A stretch of DNA of 11,521 nucleotides from Candidatus Krumholzibacteriia bacterium (GTDB taxonomy: Bacteria > Krumholzibacteriota > Krumholzibacteriia > WVZY01): contig JBHHVD010000094.1 in NCBI GenBank assembly GCA_046754105.1, positions 1-11,521 of the forward strand, in the 5' to 3' direction. Shown in pieces: positions 1 through 6,633 of this stretch (the stretch's first letter is position 1; the number at the start of each line of letters is the position of its first letter). The position numbers were made by a program, and so were the translations under genes. The notes beneath the pieces were generated by a model, which saw nothing but the letters and a program-made list of their open reading frames with translations, did no database searches and had not been told where the DNA came from.

Positions 1-290
1 TGGTGCAACGATCGAACTCAGGTGAAGAGGTCTGCCCCAGCGCGCGCCTTCGGGCCCACGCCGACCCCCAACGTGTCCTCCCTGCTGTCCCCCCTGCGCT
101 CCGCATCGGTCGGTAACACCTCTCAGTCCCGCCCGCCTGCCATTGCAGGCCTAGTGGGCGCGTCTGATGACGATGCGGGCTACCGGGTTGCACCGGTCGT
201 ACCTTCTCGGCTCTAGGCCACGGCACAGCTTGGCCTCCATACTCGTCGTGTCCGCCATGATCGCTCGTTCTACTCGACTCTTTTCTCTCG

Positions 291-1601
291 TCATTTCAAT
301 CCGGCTTCTCGTAACACCTCGGCCCAGTCGCCGATGAGCGCTTCGTCGGCCACCGGAAGTCTTCGCAGAGACTCTGCAACCGAATACTCCGGATTTATCC
401 GAAGCACCTCCTGGACCGACTCGGCTGCCCGCTTTGGCTGCCCCGCCTTGATGAGGAGGTAGGCCAACATCGCGTGCGCAGAACTGAAGTCTGGAGCGAG
501 GCGGGTCGCTCGCCTGAAATTGGCCATCGCCGCCTCGAACTTCCCTAGGTTCTGGTAGGCGACGCCCATGTGGAAGAACACCGCGGGATTCCCGACCGGA
601 TCAATGCGCAACGACATCTCCAGGGCGCGCAGCGCATCGTCAGAGCGGCCCTGGTGATTGGCGATCGTCCCGAGGGCCAGATAAGCCATCGCCTCGCTGG
701 GGTTGATTTCCAACGATCTTCTGGCGGCGGCCATCCCCTCGTCGTAGCGCTTCGCGAAGCCGTATACGGCGCCCAGCACCGCGTGGCTACCGGCATCCGC
801 GCTGTCGACGGCAACGGCCTTTTCGGCTAACTCAACCGCGCGATCCATCGTGTCGACGTCGTCGGTCCACTGCAAAAACCACGAGGTGACGTGGCTGAGC
901 GCCAGCCAGGAATAAACGGCGCCAAACTTCGGATCGAGTTCGAGCGCTTTCCCATACAACTCCCGCGCCCGCAGGTGGTCCTGCTCGGCAAGGCGCCAAG
1001 CATAAGACCTCGCCCTGAGGAAATAGTCGTAGGCTTCGAGGCTATCGGTAGGAACCCGTTTGACCAGACGGCGTTCACGCGTGGGAAAACGAACGGCGAG
1101 CGCTGCGACGATTTTTTCAACCACCTCGTCCTGGAGCGTGAAGACATCGGTTATCGTCCGGTCGTAACGCTCGGCCCACAGGTGATGGCCGGTATCACTT
1201 CTTAGCAACTGTGCCGTGATTCGCAGACGGTCACCAGCCCTCCGAACGCTCCCCTCCACGACATAAGCGGCACCGAGTTCGCGCCCGACATCTTGCACCT
1301 TTACCGGCTTGTTCTTGTATACAGAGGTCGAGTTGCGGGCGATCACTAGCAGGCCCGATACCTTGGAGAGGTCGGTTATAAGGTCTTCGGTCATGCCGTC
1401 GACGAAGTATTCCTGCTCGGCATCGCCGCTGATGTTGACGAAAGGAAGCACCGCGATAGTCGGCCGCCCGGCCACCGATGAAACGGCCGAACCCGCCGCC
1501 GACGGCTCCACGCCGGCAGGAGGCCCCCTTATGAGAAACCAAGCGACCACCAACCCCCCTGCGGCCAGCAACAGCGTCGATATCGCGAGAGCGACGCGCA
1601 C
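291..1601 (-). CDS. Membrane-anchored TolB-like domain + tetratricopeptide-repeat protein (the C-terminal module of class III adenylate/guanylate cyclase-TolB-TPR proteins; catalytic domain absent)
   Basis: N-terminal hydrophobic helix (VALAISTLLLAAGGLVVAWFLI), a Pro/Ala/Ser linker, then the typical TolB-like signature PTIAVLPFVNISGDAEQEYFVDGMTEDLITDLSK...VIARNS...ELGAAYVVEGSVRRAGDRLRITAQL...HLWAERYDR, then TDSLEAYDYFLR and several TPR units (ALELDP, SLEINP, SLRIDP, RLAPDF, VLRINP). The GTG start at 1601 has no clear RBS, so the start is uncertain; an in-frame TGA lies at 1661-1659. Confidence 0.88.
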   Translation of the reverse strand: MRVALAISTLLLAAGGLVVAWFLIRGPPAGVEPSAAGSAVSSVAGRPTIAVLPFVNISGDAEQEYFVDGMTEDLITDLSKVSGLLVIARNSTSVYKNKPVKVQDVGRELGAAYVVEGSVRRAGDRLRITAQLLRSDTGHHLWAERYDRTITDVFTLQDEVVEKIVAALAVRFPTRERRLVKRVPTDSLEAYDYFLRARSYAWRLAEQDHLRARELYGKALELDPKFGAVYSWLALSHVTSWFLQWTDDVDTMDRAVELAEKAVAVDSADAGSHAVLGAVYGFAKRYDEGMAAARRSLEINPSEAMAYLALGTIANHQGRSDDALRALEMSLRIDPVGNPAVFFHMGVAYQNLGKFEAAMANFRRATRLAPDFSSAHAMLAYLLIKAGQPKRAAESVQEVLRINPEYSVAESLRRLPVADEALIGDWAEVLREAGLK

Positions 1602-1698
1602 CGGGCGGGATCCTGGAAAGGACAGTGCCCCGCTCGACCCAACTCGCGACCAGGCCTGTCAATGTAGAAATGCGAATTTTTGTTTGTTCTCAGTCAGA

Positions 1699-1728
1699 CG
1701 CGAATCCACCGGAGTGTGAGGATTCGCG
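1699..1728. promoter_or_regulatory. Perfect 9-bp inverted repeat with 12-nt spacer; candidate activator (UAS) or operator site
   Basis: CGCGAATCC (1699-1707) N12 GGATTCGCG (1720-1728) in the divergent intergenic region, about 100-130 nt upstream of the predicted sigma54 start site. Confidence 0.45.
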
Positions 1729-1801
1729 CAACCCGTGGGCCAGGCACCACAGTAGTTTGATCGGCGGCGGCGAATATTCGAGATTAATCACGCTGAGATT
1801 G

Positions 1802-1818
1802 CGGGTACGAACTTTGCT
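1802..1818 (+). promoter_or_regulatory. Putative sigma54 (RpoN) -24/-12 promoter for the FG-GAP gene
   Basis: CGGGTACGAACTTTGCT versus consensus YTGGCACGNNNNTTGCW: 11 of 13 specified positions match, with exact GG(1804-1805)-N10-GC(1816-1817) spacing; lies about 70 nt before ATG 1886. Confidence 0.55.
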
Positions 1819-1870
1819 CAACGACAAGGGTCGGCACGCGCGCCCCGCGCGCACCCGGCAAGGACCGGCA

Positions 1871-1875
1871 AGGAG
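1871..1875 (+). promoter_or_regulatory. Shine-Dalgarno site for the FG-GAP protein
   Basis: AGGAG 10 nt before ATG 1886, which opens a signal peptide. Confidence 0.7.
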
Positions 1876-1885
1876 ACGATCCGTT

Positions 1886-4285
1886 ATGAGAACTACCGCC
1901 GCCCGTCTCGTGCAGCTTGTTTCGTTGGCCATGGTACTGCCGGCCTCGCCCGTCCCGGCCGAACCCGCCGAAGGTCTGGACCGGGACTGGCGAAAGCGCA
2001 TCCACCGAGGGCTCTCCGCGAAAGAGTACCACCCCGGCAACAGCCACCGAGGACTTCAGGCGTCCAATCGCGCACACAACCTGCGTACCTATTTCGAGCC
2101 AACCGGAATCCGATTACAGGATCGCACGGCACCGGGGAGCCCCGAGCTGACCGCTCTCTCGCTGGCGGTAATGGGACGCGGCGACAGGCTGGATCCGATC
2201 ACAAGGGGTCACGTGGCCCGCGACGGAGCGCGCGTCGAGATCCGGCGAGCCGGGGTTGTGGAGTGGTATGAGAATTCCGCCCAGGGCCTGGAGCAGGGCT
2301 TTACCATCGAGAAGCAGCCTGAGGGGAAAGGCCCGCTGGTCCTGGAACTGGCCGTCGAAGGCGCAGACGCGGTGCTCCGAGGCGGCTCGGTCGTGCTCAC
2401 GACCGAGCCCGGACGACGGCTTCGCTACGGAGGCTTGATCGCAGAGGACGCCGCGGGCCGCACGCTCGCGTCGCGCCTCGAGGTACCCGACCCAGGGCGT
2501 ATTCGCCTGGTCGTCGAAGATGAGGGGGCCAGCTATCCGCTGGTGATAGACCCCCTGCTCACGGCGGTGCCAGACACGATGCTGGAATCCGACCAGCCCG
2601 ACCCGGCGGGATTCAAGCCTGCGGCCTTCGGCGGCAGCGTGTCTGGGGCCGGAGACGTCAACGGAGATGGGTTCGAGGACGTTGTCGTGAGCGCGCCTGG
2701 CTGGGACGGAGGCGATCCGCAGGAAGGAGCGGTATTCGTATTCCTTGGCAGCGCCGAAGGTATCATCGGCACCGACCCGGCCACGGCCCACGCGCGCATC
2801 GAATCGAATCAGTTCGGCGCACAGCTGAGCGGCGGGACGGGCGCCGGCGACGTCAACGGCGACGGTTTCGACGACATCATCGTCGGGGCGCATTTCTACC
2901 GGACCACCATCGCTGGGGGTACCCTGGCCGTCGACGGCGCGGCTTTCGTGTTTCACGGCGGCCCCGCTGGGATCACCGGCACCGACCCGGCCACGGCGGA
3001 CGCGTTCATCAGGGGCAATGAGCTTTCGTCGGACCTCGGCCTGTTCGTCTCGGCAGCCGGCGACGTAAACGGCGACGGCTTCGACGACGTAATAGTCGGC
3101 GTCCCGAACCACGGCACGCCCTTTCCATCCAACATATCGCCCAACCAGCGTTCGGGAGACCACGGAGCGGCCCTGGTGTTTCATGGTGGCCCCACCGGTA
3201 TAACCGGAACCGGTTTCGACGACGCAGATACCGTCCTCCTGTCTTATGAGGACACCGGTCTTCCGGGACCGACTATCTACGGGAAGATCGGCTCGGTCGC
3301 GGGAGCCGGCGACGTCAACGGTGATGGTTTCAGCGACGTGGTGCTGGGCGGTTCGGAGATCGCCCTGTTCGTGGGCAGCGCGGCCGGCATCGTCGGCAGC
3401 GACCTAACGATGGCCCAGTCCCGCGTCCGACCGGGCGGGCCCATGGGATTCGGCCCTTTCGGGTTCAGCGCCGCGGCGGCCGGGGACGTCAACGGCGACG
3501 GTTTTGACGACATCATCGCGGGGGCGCCGTTCCGCGAGATTGTGCCTTTCACCGCCCGGCAAGAAGGCGCGGTATTTGTCTTTCACGGAACCTCGTCCGG
3601 CCTGGCCGCGACCGACAGCACCCAGGCCGACACGACATTCATGGGCAGCCTGCTCGCCGAATGGCTGGGCGCGAGCGTTGCCGGGATCGGCGACATCGAT
3701 GGCGACGGCTATGGCGATGTAAGTATCACCGCGCGCGTCTACCCCGGAAGCCTCAACAACGAAGGCGTGTCCTACGTATTCCGCGGCGGTCCGTCGGGGT
3801 TAACCGGCAATAGCCCAACCGACGCCTACCTGAGACTCGGGTCCAACCAGACCGGCGCCGCAAACCTCGGGAACCAGGCCGCCTTTGACGTGTCCGGGGC
3901 CGGCGACGTAAACGGCGACGGCTTTGCCGACCTCATCATGGGGCTGGGATTCTACGACGCGGGCCAGGAGAACGAGGGCGCGGCGTTCGTGTACCTCGGA
4001 GGCCTGGACTGCAACGGCAGCGCCTGCGGCTGTGGCGGTCCCATCGCCGGAGACGTAAACGGCGACTGCGGCGTCGACATCGTTGATTCTCTGCTGGTCG
4101 CCCAGTACGTCGTCGGGCTGCGCCACTGCTCTAGCATCGCGGATTTCGCCATGTGCGACATCCATCCCGGGCCACCGCCTGGATCGGACGGCGTCTGTAC
4201 GATAGTCGACGCCTTGAAAATGGCCCAGTGCTCTGTGGGTCTCATCCCCTGTGGCTTTAGCGCCGGAACGGTTAGCTGTCCTTGA
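1886..4285 (+). CDS. Secreted FG-GAP (integrin-alpha beta-propeller) repeat protein with an N-terminal beta-rich domain and a C-terminal Cys-rich dockerin-like domain (799 aa)
   Basis: Start moved from GTG 1625 to ATG 1886 because of the AGGAG RBS and signal peptide MRTTAARLVQLVSLAMVLPASPVPA. N-domain motif VVEWYEN..QGLEQGFTI...LRYGGL.AEDAAGR.L...YPLVIDP is typical of bacterial FG-GAP proteins. Seven GD(V/I)(N/D)GDG(F/Y)xD Ca-binding motifs, most followed by G(A/V)x(F/Y/L)V(F/Y)xG. The tail has two dockerin-like halves: GDVNGDCGVDIVDSLLVAQYVVG and DIHP..DGVCTIVDALKMAQCSVG. Confidence 0.9.
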   Translation: MRTTAARLVQLVSLAMVLPASPVPAEPAEGLDRDWRKRIHRGLSAKEYHPGNSHRGLQASNRAHNLRTYFEPTGIRLQDRTAPGSPELTALSLAVMGRGDRLDPITRGHVARDGARVEIRRAGVVEWYENSAQGLEQGFTIEKQPEGKGPLVLELAVEGADAVLRGGSVVLTTEPGRRLRYGGLIAEDAAGRTLASRLEVPDPGRIRLVVEDEGASYPLVIDPLLTAVPDTMLESDQPDPAGFKPAAFGGSVSGAGDVNGDGFEDVVVSAPGWDGGDPQEGAVFVFLGSAEGIIGTDPATAHARIESNQFGAQLSGGTGAGDVNGDGFDDIIVGAHFYRTTIAGGTLAVDGAAFVFHGGPAGITGTDPATADAFIRGNELSSDLGLFVSAAGDVNGDGFDDVIVGVPNHGTPFPSNISPNQRSGDHGAALVFHGGPTGITGTGFDDADTVLLSYEDTGLPGPTIYGKIGSVAGAGDVNGDGFSDVVLGGSEIALFVGSAAGIVGSDLTMAQSRVRPGGPMGFGPFGFSAAAAGDVNGDGFDDIIAGAPFREIVPFTARQEGAVFVFHGTSSGLAATDSTQADTTFMGSLLAEWLGASVAGIGDIDGDGYGDVSITARVYPGSLNNEGVSYVFRGGPSGLTGNSPTDAYLRLGSNQTGAANLGNQAAFDVSGAGDVNGDGFADLIMGLGFYDAGQENEGAAFVYLGGLDCNGSACGCGGPIAGDVNGDCGVDIVDSLLVAQYVVGLRHCSSIADFAMCDIHPGPPPGSDGVCTIVDALKMAQCSVGLIPCGFSAGTVSCP
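2651..3935 (+). repeat. Seven intragenic FG-GAP repeats (GDVNGDGFxD cores)
   Basis: Cores start near 2651, 2846, 3059, 3308, 3482, 3689 and 3902. Exact DNA repeats: 21 nt at 2767-2787 and 2977-2997; 26 nt at 3056-3081 and 3899-3924. Confidence 0.85.
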
Positions 4286-4302
4286 TGGCGTAGAGCGGGC
4301 GC

Positions 4303-4322
4303 GGGCCGACCTGCGGCCCTTT
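4303..4322 (+). terminator. Possible intrinsic terminator between convergent genes
   Basis: GGGCCG-ACCTG-CGGCCC hairpin followed by only TTT, 17 nt after the FG-GAP stop; the U-tract is weak. Confidence 0.35.
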
Positions 4323-4368
4323 GCGAAGCGCGCCAGCGCCGCCGAAGATCCCGAGTCGTGTCGATTCC

Positions 4369-5679
4369 CTACTGGAGTGGCGGAGGGTTCTGCCGGATCT
4401 CAGCCTCGCTAAGCGACGTCATGTTGAACCAGTGCCAACCGGTGGTCACGTAGCGAAATCTGGCCAGGAAGATCTCGGTGTTGGTGGTAAAGTCATCGAA
4501 TTCGGTGAACAGATCGATCCAGTAGTCGCCACCGATATCCAGGAGATAGCGGGCCCTGGAACGATCATCGCGGCCCGACGGATCGTCTAGTATGAGCCTA
4601 GCCTGAGTAGTCACGAAGATTCCGCCTATGTCACCCGGCACGATCGTTGCCCGCGTTTGCGGGAAAAAGTGGAAGTTGTATCCCCCGCCCACCTTGACCG
4701 AGATGCCTCCATCAGCCTCCGCACGAATATCCGCAGGTTTGTTGATGTTGTCCAGAAAATCTTCGCGCCAGGCGCCGCCTACCACCGAGGCCGGGCTCTG
4801 GAGCAAATGCCACTGGTTGTCTTGTTTGCTCAACACGTAGGACCGGAAGTTCCGGATTTGAATCCGCGTATTCTTAGCACGATTTCCATTCGCCCCCTCA
4901 TAAACCTGCCCCCAGCCGGTCATCGCGGAGTAGTTCGCCGGCGCGTTATTGCCCGCGGTCCCAATCGGCGCCAGCGCCCAATCAAAGTCTAGAGGTAGCC
5001 CATGAAGCCTTGCTTGATGGGGAAGGGTCACGTCGTCAATGATCGTGTCGAGTGAGTTAGGGGTATCGGCCGTGAAAGTATCGATTTCTACGTCACGCCG
5101 GCACTTGATCCCGTTGGCGTTATTTCGTTTGCACGAAGAGAAAGCTACCTCGATACACCCGCCGTTACTGTCGGTAACCTGGAAGGCGATCGGCAGCAGC
5201 GTCGGCGCAGACAGCGAGTTTAGAACGCCTCCCCTACCCCTGAGCGTGAACCGCGTCGGCCTGCTCGTAATACGCCGAACGCCGACGATGGGACTGGGAT
5301 CGTCTACATCCTTGTACTGCCACTTCGTGGGTGGTGTACCAAAACTCCGCCACGCAGAGGCGGACCCGCTGCCGTAGTTAAGGGTCAGTACAGCCGTGTC
5401 CGCAGCAGCTATGGCGATCGACGTCGTTCCCAGCGCCGGATCGGCCATCAAGAACTCGATACTCTTATCGCGCGCTTTCCACAGCAGACGGCCGGTCGCC
5501 GGACGGAACTTCAGCGTTCCACCTTCTACGGGTATGCAAACAGCCGAGGCCGAGACCGCGAGCATCAGCGTCGCTGCTACGGCGACAGCCGTCGCGACGA
5601 TCACAACGCCGCGCTTGACCAAGCCACCGCAGCGAGATCGCACAGTCGGAATCAAGACAACGTTCTCCGTGGAAAGCAT
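4369..5679 (-). CDS. Secreted two-domain hypothetical protein
   Basis: Long ORF with a clear signal peptide (KRGVVIVATAVAVAATLMLAVSASA|V). Four-Cys N-domain (KWQYKD...GVRRI...RGRGG.L...LPIAFQV..SNGGC.E..FS.C..N....KC) and an aromatic-rich C-domain (WGQVYE, NTRIQIRN, YNFHFFP, QARLILDDP...DDR, GGDYW, RFRYVT..WHWFNM, NPPPL). Start is uncertain: ATG 5679, TTG 5622 or GTG 5745. Confidence 0.78.
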   Translation of the reverse strand: MLSTENVVLIPTVRSRCGGLVKRGVVIVATAVAVAATLMLAVSASAVCIPVEGGTLKFRPATGRLLWKARDKSIEFLMADPALGTTSIAIAAADTAVLTLNYGSGSASAWRSFGTPPTKWQYKDVDDPSPIVGVRRITSRPTRFTLRGRGGVLNSLSAPTLLPIAFQVTDSNGGCIEVAFSSCKRNNANGIKCRRDVEIDTFTADTPNSLDTIIDDVTLPHQARLHGLPLDFDWALAPIGTAGNNAPANYSAMTGWGQVYEGANGNRAKNTRIQIRNFRSYVLSKQDNQWHLLQSPASVVGGAWREDFLDNINKPADIRAEADGGISVKVGGGYNFHFFPQTRATIVPGDIGGIFVTTQARLILDDPSGRDDRSRARYLLDIGGDYWIDLFTEFDDFTTNTEIFLARFRYVTTGWHWFNMTSLSEAEIRQNPPPLQ

Positions 5680-5779
5680 GGCCCGGCTCTGGCGCGACTC
5701 CCCGCGCGTGGTCGGTACCACGAACGCGCATGCTGCGGACCACACGCCCGCAACGAGTCAGCACAGCTCTCGCCCACAA

Positions 5780-5809
5780 GTAATAGATTCCCAGACGGCG
5801 ATCTGTCAA
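5780..5809 (-). promoter_or_regulatory. Putative sigma70 promoter for the 4369-5679 gene
   Basis: Minus-strand TTGACA (5809-5804) N18 TATTAC (5785-5780). Confidence 0.45.
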
Positions 5810-6040
5810 GGAATTTCCCCCCTCAGTACGCTGGGGCCCCTCCTGGGTGGTAAGCCCGGCCGCGGACTCCGGTGACCGATCGCGATGTCGGGCGACCAGG
5901 CCAGCATCACACCGGCAGGCGCATGCGACGAACGACGACGTACTCAAACCAACAGATGGTTGATCACGATCCGTCCCGTCCCGAGCGAACGGGCGGGAGG
6001 TCGGTCTTGCTACGGAAGCTGCCGACCAGTGGCGCTCGCT

Positions 6041-6232
6041 CTATGCGGAGCACCATTCTCGGGCTGTCTTCGAGTCCGATTTCAGGCGACACGAGGCCTC
6101 ATACACGCGCCTCCATCAGCTTACCCGACTCGCACTCGACGCTCGCATCGAGCGCCTGGACAGGTGACGAACCAACAAACACGAGACCAATCGCAGCGAC
6201 TGTTGCCACCACGCTAGAAACAGGAACGCCAT
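6041..6232 (-). pseudogene. Frameshifted 5' remnant of a secreted Cys-containing protein gene
   Basis: GAGGAG RBS 8 nt before ATG 6232. An adjacent frame from 6230 reads GVPVSSVVATVAAIGLVFVGSSPVQA|LDASVECESGKLMEARV* (signal peptide plus mature start; stop 6101-6099). The ATG frame then resumes VYEASCRLKSDSKTAREWCSA* (stop 6043-6041). Two compensating indels are implied. Confidence 0.55.
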
Positions 6233-6287
6233 AGGACTTGCTCCTCGGCGGGCTACTTGGCAACTACTGTTACCCGACGGCAACGCT

Positions 6288-6297
6288 CCCCCCCCCC
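6288..6297. repeat. C10 (G10 on minus strand) homopolymer tract
   Basis: Ten consecutive C at 6288-6297, about 55 nt upstream of ATG 6232 on the minus strand. Confidence 0.9.
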
Positions 6298-6633
6298 TTT
6301 TCCTTTGCGCCCCACCGTTCTGGCTGTCAATCGGGAAAACCTCATAGTCACAAAGGTCTACGTAGTTCCACGTACACGAGCGGGGGGTTTCCAAGCTCAC
6401 TGATGACGGCCGTAACAGCCCCGCCATCCGCGAATTCACCCGATTATTGCGGAGTACGCAGCGGCCACGGCCGCCGGCGCGGATCAGGGCGTGGTGTGCA
6501 CAAGCTCGGCGGCTGGCCTGCGGTCCCCGGACGCAGGCTGATGTTGGTTCACGCGGCGACCTGCCCGACCGGGGGGGTCAGGTAGCGAGCAAGAAGGGAA
6601 AGATTGGAGCGATCCTCAATCCAAGGCCCGGCT

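Noticed and set aside
165..171. CTGATGA (also at 6400-6406) as hammerhead ribozyme or fluoride riboswitch core
   Set aside because: No correctly placed GAAA, stems or NUH cleavage site, and no upstream GAUGG/pseudoknot element.
1657..1662. Minus-strand TTGACA here and at 6330-6325 as sigma70 promoters
   Set aside because: No acceptable -10 hexamer 16-19 nt downstream in either case.
1625..1885. 87-codon N-terminal extension of the FG-GAP ORF from GTG 1625
   Set aside because: Reads as non-protein-like, covers promoter elements, and ATG 1886 has both an RBS and a signal peptide.
2177..2185. RGD tripeptide in an integrin-alpha-like protein
   Set aside because: A single RGD is expected by chance in a Gly/Arg/Asp-rich 799-aa protein, and there is no evidence it is in an exposed ligand loop.
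2114..3184. 356-aa antisense ORF and other long shadow ORFs (6604-7212, 7986-8885, 9935-10516, 5396-5875)
   Set aside because: Opposite-strand shadows of well-supported genes in GC-rich DNA, with no recognisable motifs.
2651..4066. Recurring GGCGACGTCAACGGCGAC-like words as a CRISPR or tandem array
   Set aside because: They are degenerate, in-frame coding repeats of FG-GAP motifs with 150-250 nt spacing, and no cas genes are present.
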